DNA of 64,000 nt, taken from IMG/VR virus record IMGVR_UViG_3300046777_002950; one strand, given 5' to 3'. The notes below the pieces were generated by a model. The model worked only from the letters and a program-made list of their open reading frames with translations. It was not told the DNA's origin and ran no database searches. Shown here piece by piece: positions 35,801 to 42,387 of the stretch. Within the stretch, counting starts at the first letter, position 1. Each line of letters starts with the position of its first letter. Both the position numbers and the translations under genes were made by a program. The stretch is from an uncultured virus (IMG/VR IMGVR_UViG_3300046777_002950) (taxonomy: Duplodnaviria > Heunggongvirae > Uroviricota > Caudoviricetes).

Positions 35801-38344
35801 AAGAAACAGCCCAGAAGCTATCATCATCCCAATCTCAAACATCACCAAAGATGGAGACTGGATTTTCATCTTAGCTTCAACAGTTTCAATCAAGTCATCA
35901 AGCATCTGTCTAGCAGTATCAGACACGCCATCAGAGCCATGCTTAACACCTTTTGCTAATCCTGCGTCAATATCAATACCTAATTGTTGAGCCAAGGGTG
36001 CATAGTAAGCAAGCTGCTTATCAAAAATACTTTTTTCTTCTGTGTTTAGCTTACCTATTGCCTCATTAGCCCTTTTAGCATTAGCACTTACAGGAGATTT
36101 ACCTCCAGCATGAACTTTGCTAAGATCACTGTTAATTTTTTTATCAAAACCAGCATCTTCGGCTTGTTTAACAATATTATCTATATCTTTTATTGCAGAA
36201 TTACTAGTTAATATAAACTTTTTAAGTTTTTCTTTCGTGGCTTTAATTTCTGCTGGAGTTCCTGTTTTTTTAGTCTGGTCAACTTCAATTTTTAGCTTTT
36301 TATATTCTTCACTAAAATAATTGTTAATAGCTTTAAAAGAGGCTTTAACATTTTCTAAAGATATTTCTTTTTGTACTTTTATTTCGTCTGATTTTTTGGA
36401 CTTTCCTATTTCCAATGGCACTAATTCTTCACCATTCTCTCTAGCAGTTGCTTCAACATACTGCTTAGACAAATCAATATTTTTTAATGTATTAGTTTTT
36501 ATGGTTTCAAAGTGCTGTTTTAGTTGCTGTGGTACTTGACTAGCAGTAGTTTCAATAGGCACTAATTCAAGTTCTGGTTGTGGTTTTTTGGATTTTCTAG
36601 GAATATTTACAGGAATATTTAATGGCTGCTCTACAGGCGATTGTATTGCTTGTGTTACCACAGGAGCAGCTATTAAATTAATAGCAGATATAGAATTATT
36701 TAATGTATTGACTGCATTGTTCAATGACTGAGCGGCGTTTTCTAAACTAATTGCAGCCTGACTTAATCCTGAATCGGTAGAAACGGTACTTACATTGGCT
36801 ATGTACTCATTTAATCCTTTTGTGGCACTTTCTAAGTTGCTGGCAGCTTGTTTGAGTTCTGATTCAGGGGTGACAGGAATAGGCTTGGGTTTTGGAGTAT
36901 TTATAGTCCCAGTTTTCAAAAACTCACTAACAACACCATAAGTATTCGGTAGTATAGTTTTTGTTGTTGACTTTACAGATTGTTTTGCAAAACTAACTAT
37001 TTGAGAGCCAATTTTTCCGCCAAGAGACCCAGAGCCATCTCCCGTTCCCTCTAAAGAATTAAATACACCATTAACTGCATTTTGTATCTTTGCAGAGGAA
37101 TTAGCAAGAATATTCTGAGATCCTTTCCGCACTGCGCCGATAGTAGCACTTTTAACTCTTTGGGCTGTGTTTTCAAGTGATTGCTCAATTTCAGTCACAA
37201 ATTGATTGTTAATTTCAGTCAAGAACTGACTAGCAGCAGATGGTTTTACTGGTGTTTGTGTCTCTACATAATCATCAACCATCCCTCTTAAAATTGCCTC
37301 TACTCGCTTTTGTTCGTTTTTAGGATCTGATTGGGCTTTTTTACCTATACCAAAATAACGCAACAAGCCTTTGGCGGCAACCTGTCCAGTAGCTTCAAAA
37401 TCTACATCAACATCATTGGCGACTTTGGGTGGATTATATGCTTTTTTTCTACTTCTTTTGGTGCTACCAACAGCATTAGAATTGCTTGTACCTTGATACC
37501 ATGCAGCGCGGTGATCGTGCGCTACAACAAAAGCATCAATTCCATCTTTAAGAATAGCTTCTACTCGCTTCTGTTCATTTTTAGGATCTGATTGCGCTTT
37601 CTTACCTACACCAAAATAACGCAACATCATGTTACTAGTTATCCTAGTCATAGTTGGAATATCAACACCAACAGCATCCTCAATACCTCTATTAATCCCA
37701 TCAGTAAAACCTTTACCAAGTCCTCCAAATATCCCGTCCATAATAGCTCTACCTGGATTAACCACCATGTCTACTTTTTGGACTTTATTTGGCGATGAAG
37801 CTTCTTTAGCTGTTTGTTGTTGAGCCGTTACTGAAGCTTGTTCTGACATTTCTTCTTTAACAGCATTTTTAACAGCATCAGCTAAACTTTTTTCTAGTTG
37901 CTTACTTAAATCAGATTCAACAGTAATAGTAATAGTTCTACTAGAAAGCCCGCCTAATCTTTCTTCTAATTCATCAAGACTTTTGGTATCGGTATTAACT
38001 TTAATTGGATTGCTATCAAAATACTTATTAACTTGTTTAAGGTGCTGTACTTTTAAATTTAAGTGTTCATTCAAATCAGTCAAGCTACTATCATCAACAT
38101 TGACAACAATAGGATTATTATTAAAATACTTATTAACTTCTTTAAGATGTTGTACTTTTAAATTTAAGTGCTTATTTAAATTGACTAAGCTATCATCGTC
38201 CACTCCGACATTAAGATTAATATTTTCAAAGCTTTTTTCTACCGACACAGCCGCTTCATAAGCCTTCTTCTTAGCCCGTTCCAAAGTCTTTTCTAGCTCA
38301 GAAGAATCAGCAGATAACTCTACAATTAATTCGCCTAAATTCAT
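20813..38344 (-). CDS. Giant tape measure protein (5843 aa)
   Basis: N-terminal MNLGELIVELSAD, tape-measure core (QILAKGKLSMEELRQQLGE), SPS repeats and C-terminal FAxGG motifs; follows the tail chaperone genes; AGGAG RBS. Confidence 0.95.
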   Translation of the reverse strand: MNLGELIVELSADSSELEKTLERAKKKAYEAAVSVEKSFENINLNVGVDDDSLVNLNKHLNLKVQHLKEVNKYFNNNPIVVNVDDSSLTDLNEHLNLKVQHLKQVNKYFDSNPIKVNTDTKSLDELEERLGGLSSRTITITVESDLSKQLEKSLADAVKNAVKEEMSEQASVTAQQQTAKEASSPNKVQKVDMVVNPGRAIMDGIFGGLGKGFTDGINRGIEDAVGVDIPTMTRITSNMMLRYFGVGKKAQSDPKNEQKRVEAILKDGIDAFVVAHDHRAAWYQGTSNSNAVGSTKRSRKKAYNPPKVANDVDVDFEATGQVAAKGLLRYFGIGKKAQSDPKNEQKRVEAILRGMVDDYVETQTPVKPSAASQFLTEINNQFVTEIEQSLENTAQRVKSATIGAVRKGSQNILANSSAKIQNAVNGVFNSLEGTGDGSGSLGGKIGSQIVSFAKQSVKSTTKTILPNTYGVVSEFLKTGTINTPKPKPIPVTPESELKQAASNLESATKGLNEYIANVSTVSTDSGLSQAAISLENAAQSLNNAVNTLNNSISAINLIAAPVVTQAIQSPVEQPLNIPVNIPRKSKKPQPELELVPIETTASQVPQQLKQHFETIKTNTLKNIDLSKQYVEATARENGEELVPLEIGKSKKSDEIKVQKEISLENVKASFKAINNYFSEEYKKLKIEVDQTKKTGTPAEIKATKEKLKKFILTSNSAIKDIDNIVKQAEDAGFDKKINSDLSKVHAGGKSPVSANAKRANEAIGKLNTEEKSIFDKQLAYYAPLAQQLGIDIDAGLAKGVKHGSDGVSDTARQMLDDLIETVEAKMKIQSPSLVMFEIGMMIASGLFLGMQKGNSKVAVGARQLVSTVKDAVGSAKEILEPALAVGGLIPGMSTAATYGSVGLAASDSGLKMLDKVGERHAANPEQTLFQSAFESGKDFVAELRADKTLTKPREAFDHFINLSKAGAATFGVSSFTAFDAAQSGMTALLRSGAIGKAVAQSHGETKTRLAKDPSLDYMAAYKAVLTEKLKDLKLTKPEIIKAIGSALKVVPTGFGTAANSVTETAGTVFADGIDALTIPRDLYRNIVTKAAKGATHQQAIAESITDLGAPTQVADAIGSFGDKHSVSLNAFARMSGNVVENINRSLINTVAASSKVVSASTNAVSNQVKKNMGHLPSQQPISKSDSRNVSSAAIASDNTSSKPFTSIGGNIMKGLGKGMADSIGSVTKVMDNAGNSIQSRIKQNMGISSPSKVMIALGLMIASGLAVGIKKGVIDVSDASAMLAGAVDIGIKELNQFNSEHISNYDDVIKNSVGNMADVTKNVYDKSKQKEKRSLLGSMIGAAIVALGDTGILGKISEPVKHLGAYYQGNIDVHKIQGRTAREAEIAVMYRSILNYKHKSIQENKPITAIPDDWEIGDGTVGNNISQIPGFKNLHYTLGGFNYNRNKEGGLQINDVYDWSHDTNLMTEFNTPFKLATKFNKMLIKNPKIAKSLGLTYLNDYQGYGKLNDKNQILFAFNNSDPDSKELALGDNIHSVLGGKPYIQSHTVSPDKLKELQAKAARAFNNSSGDYKQFAQQPEIQKYLEEVDKPTHSLIKLLSALKKDFSGDSILGNVFNSAKSAFSKGGGLKDISINFISSFAQGFISANGGVLGVVTKFAKGILSAIKKVFRIASPSGEGIDVGENIAGSMGTGIDNQSQSAVNAARNMAENIRNAIADPWDTPLPANPVFQQDLDLENQAQAHIKATKEHFQKLKIQDLLSNIGVNFGADFEHEGIASNVLSSSDLLGYLNNKSANLTPLQSIAYNRLVDDFQEQKTLAAHHFAIARTDGNPVDPAVLRGLDAGFNSILLRIVEFSKRLGIKGQSIDKLLASNRSVVNTAAYQPPRFVAPKTPIPERQPGQTDQEYSQAVKRALAEDNNNYRKARNAYNRMILGVSNTPTPKITQLPALPPVPVYAREIIEPVTNVPPVQRTQATIPSIPDPWNDSVEQLVNTVKQATRTQFLLPPAKEHLNINSFVQTQSNLSRLAKEIVAQQPMTQLSKPQSPTIQRTSPIILPGNFAPNPNAQIISSQKFTPKPDAQILYSKNFAFNPNAQIVSSQKFTPKPDAQLILPVVQGLSPAIRSTHSLAQNSISALIAANKQIQATIAGNKVTVSSRFAPIPDPWTTPPLSTPPLPTQTVKQLSKQMTGQYGPIPDSWLTSSRSTQAFKQVGKLLIGQIPVTLSSTIPSFIPQPTGTATPKYVFPPQTLGTTVPTHTFPVNPTPTPPTPPTPPIPPTLLNQYLSLGTDLVTNIFNAVSTSIRQSTLSGYASLGQVMRNAVNAALFSLADTLKQPLHQALLSQTRSILPWFLKFIPRSFQLLPKLSFAIPFVGGMVLRLGNSIVKNLLENNILKKGGFLTNLLSSITKVDLSALSGTKTAGVAGFLEKIINPLPFLIGSQISPLSLGLLSASPLYDAFSGILGLDKSVKPNPKKQAPTIEKVLQDQTKINREKALLRDFKEVGVSTNTNAGVGQNLAAYPDIQRTKTEELLKRAVESGKAIPKLDELTRKALRERGVNRFARNQMDSAQLLTQRENILKNPLNATSKERDFLLYTADMKNSNAATLKKQEKRIISILKERGKSDQDIENIRKSGTDGLFDVGDDLIKNLPTITKQPTPIQTVQPRTSSASIASKELVENLGNTLLNSVLNSLDVPVIPKSVIQGMIGRKMGEKSATIADAINAFGVEKSKVEQLLTRNLESGNTKRLDGLTKQVLRERGVTESVRNAMTPEELAAAREKITKSPVDLTARERKLLKFMGDFESYVATMGNDVATRKRDAMTMSVLQERGMSRAQRKQIQQSQGGQGLSSFADNLRDNPRTGGFMGRFTEAYASNDQDAMKELVKQGLKRAGMSAKQINNIDPKLLDTATAGLMTTLSGLQAKFREKGFDMGKALAKGLKDSMVNLANAKDDLEYNAKKALGQANFGDSVGLIFRRMFRGTVATQGQFAEMYNQMGSGVKKLMFKNPKEGDEMFPNILQFVGSITTTLAPITTMIGAITPLLLPLAPIITGIGMAVNMVAPHVAKLIDGIQRVEVLQRRFKFLGGSKEGGKAEFNYAKDIATKLNVPSEVAANSYSQLAIAAKDSKMEGQGVKELFEGITSSLSALGINGQDASLVFTAYTQILAKGKLSMEELRQQLGEKFPPAMAMFAKAMGVTVPEMNELVASGGILSQDILPKVAKVLKEDYGSAAADQAGGLVVALNRLGNVGFEITTIFTDKIGGTLAFFVNTFANILGVLSGALKELIPLAQSFMIGFAATISIGLTIILSKFGPLRVAIGSLQNFLLATFSAITTNMMPMVVGVVSDVADGWLGAEKNLIENMFQGIANMFVTMFSAIDTAMRSMSDNKVSFSSLFGGLIQGAEQAGSIIDWLKGVFAGFFKILPSGIVEILAIVFMLEQGTGLMVMALWPAITKLWGGITGIFGATAKAFYGVMGSLKAVVELMMTSSAVAANATNNVAASGVKSMAIVQGALGFLSKALLHFGLAYAVLMFSKGDFSDPLRESINKSTADINKHLNQVRLNIGQTTEAFNKATKSVEKLGNTITNALPAKGVQLDIRSLWGGGDYKWDDAVRDTNAKYRPGGTGASAMDFLGPVALGLGGAGIGIAAKVAAASAANAASAAVAAKAFTLGTTVVQPAAVGIISRILAMLAPMLASPLAPWIAAIAGLIAAIGLATVALDAFAPKITEAQLEELPEEIKQIINAKKVGERLDSASLQVIKLYKDQELSNQRLKEFMASIGLDGTRPYSFVARPVVPMTQEQMTQEQKQKFESETPVQNITKRIEDKRASLQELEKLEPKETEKSKARSKEGYKKVQEEVTQLEKDKLLMQLSFMANLDNKPKMDALNNDIAKQKLVVDELRMREAQLKKEEMQYSFFGRPSFSGTSQKLKYAKDGQTYKEESQKLEKLKKEKAALQANIDASAQRRVNYDAIKEIDVDIEKASAEFVEASNQLAVNPNDKLRQKAGLAKERILQLQKRRQKLVDEFGDPTPSIKQALEVNKKEIEKTLSDLNLTPQQRKVTVKQLKERQETLQKSLAEAQKFSVAPIADTMYTQAIAALKDNEVKSNIDISKNKIVSNQAQAKLYSTTLTSQQIAPSLSDRQIADLTFQQKVLERSLKIKEDNLFKLQQAEAQSPTNLSQIQEEIVKLQQEIAKDREQVSQNTLEIVKTQREARQALIDQTKQVAEYYRTSLRESKAAAIEFDKATNNIKSQQFATKLKQALVGAGNNIFTNFIDSVIGLFQQLTEIENLRLDRQKQKLDYENNIQDILIKVTEMQRSLPGKIVPFDVGKIRDFDKELRTVNKSVSSINKEVNNVANGIGVSAVNSTINLNKALQDLLKTLQDINKNPLNPTAQPFNNSSSSNTPVGVSQRTKIPVTHEDEQIWREFVAPQSGIKRGTSSLPTSTPVANALKEVLVAGLMSDIPVQLYANKPKDKNNSFNLTPFTSPIANQLLTPNTFVSPIANRSLADLLNTRYGVQELFGYRNSKGLTLGKNAGVSRGSDVVASLGGTAFLEGNTLKIAHNAVDGKIVYVIYQGLNPKSITKNLGIKGKEKIEVSPGQLIGNPSGDKFKFGIAVGEPGKVTQNPYKNPLTFVRDIYRANQKQPMNPLQWLNRTFINRTDPVVNSLGLTQYTGVIKTSNQSINKPITTTSTPPVNQAIDWVKGKVKGFVRQNAPEPVKRVIRNTKNFVDNIPPIIPTYNQNTNSYNPGILDILIGNNSKPKPKPNNSTGSSRNNQSTGNKPTTTNQSKSGSGTNQGTDKKLTPTNQGNVPNLSSAFPQPSTGGLTLVSNTRNQIPPDLSSAFPSTPNGIKLTNASTSGNNNQGNNQDKLLVSPIPGKTLADILKFPYTDNEKKDGAYYGSARGVNRDTQLKAPISGKATLYIYKDKSNEDLTFVDITKNINGKQIIVRLTDLSLDSIKKNLGNLKHQSSFSLKAGQPIGTPQENRSVYMTASVQGKDLTIVDFIKNSQSYGFSPQGLTATPKTTPPNTGNLPQIPQTKQPVVIPPGTDPYTRSQLENQPLKPGNLQPGVESSGKLSLEAKKKQAAAEAAKNRAEIQSKLIEFQRTLANLLRDTNKSIRDESLQAAQDINNASEYIQGLLNPNASDKEKFATDFQKLKTEYQAKINEQENIIESAKVPLAELARVDELIAAAQREGIDASGLKTKRDEVYRVVKVREQTAIKLRKMYIDNKNKVFDTYVDRFKEEQLNKDAERRANLLGVNISQLKLQLEELKGIQAIDPLNPGLLKIPDLEANIAELELTQTTLQKIAALRREWQQSGGKNMSQEVFKKRAEDIMNTVTKQTGIIDRKRQTDKISAYVNRELGLIDKGAAEREPITKGLQLDNSLFAASNKNGLVNIINFENEALIKQKELMDSYRKNSLEAQLPQSKLTLDEQITKRLRNAMNLQKELEILKIETEYQKATGEIKNRQVTVDVQVKLSDAAKAIFESKSTIKKNLGLELAGERLDRQNAITAQENEYKRKQNETDQFILDNKLTDPQADELRRNNQIENDSKIRAIESQFSELAQIMKSFVSGFKNSFKEFLLSTEDTGTALLNLAKGIGKSVLDTLAEMASKRVTDLLFGWMGGTGLNPASELSFAAQQLTQAAYALQNVGRSSSIADVPDLDVGSLGGFAGFGDIASFSPTGMEFLDPSAFTAADFGSASLSGFAKGGMIDKDTLGKIQNFANGGIVGTMNKERAMTGRTPHLVVASEGERILNHKETAIWNKLQTGISGFADGGVVGGGSGDIASKIGGSTTTVNVPVSVSVNEGSDVDGARLSQTVQALVSDGIRREMRPGGSIRRGNPYGR

Positions 38345-38397
38345 AATATTAACTCCTATAAAGAAAAAGATTACAGATTAAGAATATTAATCTGTAA

Positions 38398-38796
38398 TCA
38401 AGAAAGTAGCAGATTCAAAGCTGATAAAACCGGAGGGGGCAACCGATTGTTCTTGATAATATCCTTAACAATGTTTTCCGTTGCCTGGCTAATCTTGCGG
38501 GTATCGCCTCTAATATCGTCAGGAAAGGGTAGCAAATCGATAAAGTCCATATTGGGGTCAGTGTCTTTTTTGAACCCGTTAAATAGTCCCGTCCAACCGA
38601 TCGCATGAACCCGTCCCTCAACATTAGCTTGTTCCCTCCGGTGTTGTTCAAGTGCCTCAATGCACTCAAATACTACGTGAATGGGTTGATCTAAGAAACT
38701 ATCCCAGTCTCTAAATCTGGGGTCGAAAACTCGGTAGGACTGGATTCGCCAGTAGATACTTCCCCAGTCAACTGAAGAACTGGTAGCTGCTCCCCC
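38398..38796 (-). CDS. Frameshift-accessed tail assembly chaperone extension (gpT-like), not in ORF track
   Basis: 133-codon ORF with no proper 5' start, in the -1 frame of 38691..39554, opening exactly at GGGGGAG (38790-38796): GGAATSSSVDWGSIYWRIQSYRVFDPRFRDW...LNLLLS*. Confidence 0.8.
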   Translation of the reverse strand, partial: GGAATSSSVDWGSIYWRIQSYRVFDPRFRDWDSFLDQPIHVVFECIEALEQHRREQANVEGRVHAIGWTGLFNGFKKDTDPNMDFIDLLPFPDDIRGDTRKISQATENIVKDIIKNNRLPPPVLSALNLLLS

Positions 38797-39554
38797 TCAG
38801 TCACAGGTGCAGGTGCTGATTCTGGTTCTACCTTCCAACGACTACGCTCGTTTTCATAGAACTTGTAGATAGCAGATACAAATTCATCGCTACAGTCTTT
38901 AGTGTCTTCTTCTGACCACTCATCCGTACCAACTACGTAAGACTTAGTTGAATTATTGTAAAGAAACCCTACGGTCATGGGTAGATTTTCAGATACAGGT
39001 TGAACCCTGATAATTGAATCTGTATCTGAGGGTTGATAGTTGCCTACTACTGTCACCAAGCAATCGCCAAAGCGAATTACTTGTCCGTCCATTAATGGAA
39101 AGTGGGTTGAAGCAACGGAAATACTTGTAGAGTTAAATGGCACAGACGCTGTTAATTCCACTGGGAAAGCTACCCGTTTTTTGATAAATAGAGTAGCGAC
39201 TGAGATGGACACAGAAGCGCTGTCAATAGAACTCAAAGCATTTAGTTCAGTAAAGTCTTCAATGTAGTCGTAAATAACGTCAGAATTATCAACTTCAGTT
39301 GCACCATCAGCAGACCGAGTAGGAGAAAGTAACTCTTGGGCTTCAGCAATTGTGACACCACGATCTACGGAAATTTTCTTAACCAGCTTAGACGCAATAA
39401 TGGCTGCTTTTTGACGTTTAGCATCAATACTATCAATGTCCCTGGCTTCACCGACACTCAAAGAACCGCGTTTCTCCAAATAGATAATCCCAGTGGACTC
39501 ATTACCCACGGGAATAACTTCATACTTGGCTTTTTTATTAATTATTGGGCGCAT
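38691..39554 (-). CDS. Tail assembly chaperone (gpG-like)
   Basis: Lies between the tail tube and tape measure genes, with an overlapping -1 ORF. Confidence 0.8.
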   Translation of the reverse strand: MRPIINKKAKYEVIPVGNESTGIIYLEKRGSLSVGEARDIDSIDAKRQKAAIIASKLVKKISVDRGVTIAEAQELLSPTRSADGATEVDNSDVIYDYIEDFTELNALSSIDSASVSISVATLFIKKRVAFPVELTASVPFNSTSISVASTHFPLMDGQVIRFGDCLVTVVGNYQPSDTDSIIRVQPVSENLPMTVGFLYNNSTKSYVVGTDEWSEEDTKDCSDEFVSAIYKFYENERSRWKVEPESAPAPVTEGEQLPVLQLTGEVSTGESSPTEFSTPDLETGIVS

Positions 39555-39781
39555 AATTCAATCTCTAAATTATCTTGGGAATCTGCCAAAAGTTGATAAG
39601 TTGCTACCTGTTTAACGGAATCAGGAATCTTGACTTGGTAAGAGGAGTAGCGATCGCTGACAGTAATTTGCCCTGATAACCCTCCTCTAAAAACTGCCGC
39701 ACCGCATAGCAACTTATCCTCATCAATGCGGCAGTTAATCAGGACAGCCAATAACCCAGTGCTATCCTTGAGAATTTTCAT
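39542..39781 (-). CDS. Small tail-cluster protein
   Basis: 79 aa, overlapping both neighbours. Confidence 0.65.
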   Translation of the reverse strand: MKILKDSTGLLAVLINCRIDEDKLLCGAAVFRGGLSGQITVSDRYSSYQVKIPDSVKQVATYQLLADSQDNLEIELCAQ

Positions 39782-40539
39782 TACAAGTTATAAACAGGGA
39801 ATCCACTAGCTAAACCACCAGAAGCATAATAAGCAGGAGTCCAAGAAACTTCATCTTGAAACTCTAGCGTACAAGTGTACTTCATTACTTCCATGGGAGT
39901 ACCTGTTAAATTAAGTGCCGTTACCTTGGATGCACCTTCAAATCTTGCCCCGTTAGGATAAGTAGCGATCGCGTACAATTCCCGGTTCATAAATACAGGG
40001 TCAAAAAAAGTACGTTTAATGAAATGCTCTAAAGCGATATCACCGATGTACTCAATGCCTTCTATAGATATTTCTCTCTTGCTGCGAACAATAGCGGAAC
40101 TAGTGCCGCTGCCAGATTGAGAGTGAGTAGTATCAACTACAGTAGGGCTAGGCTGCATCCCAAAACTGGTAATACCTAGTAATGGAAACATATCCTGAAC
40201 CAATCTAGCGGTAGAGTTAGCAGCAATAGCGTCTAACAAAGGCGCGATCGTCAATGACACCGCAGTAGTACCAGCCAAAGTGGCATTAGCTAATACTAGT
40301 ACTTGCTGACGAATTAAAGGATTAGTAGGTGCAACAAAAGACAAAGAAGTACCAGCGGCAATAGTATAAGTAACACCAGTGGTAGCAGTAACACTAATGC
40401 TAGTAGTACCCTCTAAAGCACCAGCAGCACAAGTTAAAGTAGTGGTAGTAACTGCACGGGTATTTTCTGGTAACAATTTAACATCAAGAGTGTAATTCTG
40501 TAAAATTACGGTTTGGACTGGACGATTAGCTAAAGCCAT
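39781..40539 (-). CDS. Major tail (tube) protein
   Basis: VVDTT, ISIEG, YPNGARFEG...YTCTLEFQ tube-like pattern; position; AGGAG RBS. Confidence 0.8.
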   Translation of the reverse strand: MALANRPVQTVILQNYTLDVKLLPENTRAVTTTTLTCAAGALEGTTSISVTATTGVTYTIAAGTSLSFVAPTNPLIRQQVLVLANATLAGTTAVSLTIAPLLDAIAANSTARLVQDMFPLLGITSFGMQPSPTVVDTTHSQSGSGTSSAIVRSKREISIEGIEYIGDIALEHFIKRTFFDPVFMNRELYAIATYPNGARFEGASKVTALNLTGTPMEVMKYTCTLEFQDEVSWTPAYYASGGLASGFPVYNL

Positions 40540-40583
40540 TTATAAACTCCTAAGCAATTACAAAATAAATGTAAACAAAACGA

Positions 40584-41195
40584 TTAAGCACTACGAGATA
40601 CACGAATAGCGTTATAGAAAGCATCAAGATCAATACTGGGTACGTTACCTGATGAATCGGTGAGGTTAATTGCCGTGGTAGCATTAGCCACAGTCCCAGC
40701 AGTGCCTCCAAGACTACCATCGTAAAAATAGATGGTAGGGCGAATGGTAATTACAGAACCGGATTTTTGGTAAAGTAATCTAATTCCCCATGTAGTAGGA
40801 GAAATTGCAGGTGGTGCAAATTGCAACACAGAGCTATTGGCAGTTGTACTAGCTGCGGTTGCATTTACACTGATAGTGATAGAAGTAGTGCTATTAATAG
40901 CAGTGACAGTGTTAGCAGCAATAGTACCACCACCAGATGATACTGTAACTACATCACCAACACGAACGTTAGAGAATCCGTTAGTAGTGGTAGTAGTAAT
41001 AATTGCGCTACCATTACTAATGTTGCAATTAGAAACAGTAAAAGTACCAGGAGTAATAGAAGCATGGGTAAAAGGAAAAAACTGAGATTCTTCAGATCCA
41101 GTGTCCACTTCAACTACAGAACCTGCGGTAATTGAAGCATTAGTAGCATTTGTGGGAACAGATTTTGGTCTAGCGAAATCTAAAACTACTGGCAT
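40584..41195 (-). CDS. Structural protein (T/S-rich, tail- or neck-associated)
   Basis: 203 aa, beta-rich; structural operon context. Confidence 0.6.
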   Translation of the reverse strand: MPVVLDFARPKSVPTNATNASITAGSVVEVDTGSEESQFFPFTHASITPGTFTVSNCNISNGSAIITTTTTNGFSNVRVGDVVTVSSGGGTIAANTVTAINSTTSITISVNATAASTTANSSVLQFAPPAISPTTWGIRLLYQKSGSVITIRPTIYFYDGSLGGTAGTVANATTAINLTDSSGNVPSIDLDAFYNAIRVSRSA

Positions 41196-41211
41196 AATTT
41201 TTAAGTGGTTG

Positions 41212-41580
41212 TTACATAACTATGGGATCAAAAATGACAATCCTGCTTTGTTCTAGTATATCAGAAGTAGCGGGAATGTGTGTATAACGCAAAACTGGAA
41301 ACCGTCTTTCTATCTTAATAATTGCTGTCGGTAAATTAGAATTTTTTACCCAATTACGCAGTAGAATTTCCCATTGTTGAGGCTTATATCTTGACCCAGC
41401 GCTGGTAGCTTTAGCCGCAACATCCGGGGTTTCCTTAATCAAGCATTCAAGCCCGTTACTTGCTGATGGCGGTTGAGAAGAACTACCATATACCCAAATT
41501 GACGGCAACCCATTAGTATAAGTACCCAACTCAGAAGCAAGTAACGTTGCCAGAATTTTTCTGAGGTCAATTGCCTTCAT
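41212..41580 (-). CDS. Probable tail terminator or completion protein
   Basis: Size and position upstream of the tail tube gene. Confidence 0.55.
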   Translation of the reverse strand: MKAIDLRKILATLLASELGTYTNGLPSIWVYGSSSQPPSASNGLECLIKETPDVAAKATSAGSRYKPQQWEILLRNWVKNSNLPTAIIKIERRFPVLRYTHIPATSDILEQSRIVIFDPIVM

Positions 41581-41962
41581 ATTGCACCTCGTAAGAGTTT
41601 TTCAGTTCCCCAGTGTCCACTATGTCACGGGGTGAACCAACTACATCCCCACTCTTACGGACGGTGGTGCGTGGCCATTGCCAACGGACATCCTCAAGAT
41701 TTGCTTGACAAGCTTCACCAAATCCTTCAGACATAGCCATAAAAGCCTGTTTGAAGTCCTCACTTTGGTTAAACCCGTCAGCATATTCACCCAAAAAATC
41801 ATACTCATTAATAGCAGCACCAACCCAGGGACGGGCTGGGTTTTCAGAGCCATTAGAGAAAGTTGCACCTTCATGGACAATTGCTGCATAGGGAGCAGTC
41901 CAAGAATGAGTAGCAGTGAGTGTTCGGGGAATTTTAATACTTTTCCAATTAGCTACAACCAT
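41567..41962 (-). CDS. Neck protein (HK97 gp10-like)
   Basis: APYAAIVHEG, PARPW and RDIVDTGELKNS motifs. Confidence 0.7.
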   Translation of the reverse strand: MVVANWKSIKIPRTLTATHSWTAPYAAIVHEGATFSNGSENPARPWVGAAINEYDFLGEYADGFNQSEDFKQAFMAMSEGFGEACQANLEDVRWQWPRTTVRKSGDVVGSPRDIVDTGELKNSYEVQYEGN

Positions 41963-41964
41963 AA

Positions 41965-42387
41965 TTATACCCTACTTGCTACAGTTAAACGACCCTCAAT
42001 GTACCTTTTTCTTACTTCTAAATAAGTTGCAATTCGGTTTTGAGGTACAGGAATAAATTGCCATTGTCCTGTTGTGACAGTACCACTTGAATCAGCAAGT
42101 ACAGCATCAGCAATTAATTGATAATTAAAAATTAAATTATTCCAATTACCAATCATTCTTCCTTTCAAATAGATAATATTTCTACCCATTTGAGCATCTT
42201 CAAACAAAGGCTTAAAATCTTTCTTGGCAGATACAGAAGCTTGAACAATCACAGTAGAAACTGTTTCAATCCTATTCCCCACAGCATCCTCAACAAAATG
42301 ACCATTACCCATTTGAAAGGTTAATGTTAAGTTAGAATTAAAGGGTTCTAAATATCCAATTGTTTGGTTTACATAGGAGGAAATCAT
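41965..42387 (-). CDS. Probable head-closure or head-tail joining protein
   Basis: EDAVGN motif; size and position; likely ATG at 42387. Confidence 0.55.
   Translation of the reverse strand: MISSYVNQTIGYLEPFNSNLTLTFQMGNGHFVEDAVGNRIETVSTVIVQASVSAKKDFKPLFEDAQMGRNIIYLKGRMIGNWNNLIFNYQLIADAVLADSSGTVTTGQWQFIPVPQNRIATYLEVRKRYIEGRLTVASRV

Noticed and set aside
20973..38261. Many plus-strand ORFs inside the tape measure (and similar ones within other tail genes)
   Set aside because: Antisense shadow ORFs with no motifs or RBS.
38415..38669. 84-aa ORF from the track as a gene
   Set aside because: A longer, more protein-like ORF in another frame (38398..38796) explains the region as the frameshift product.
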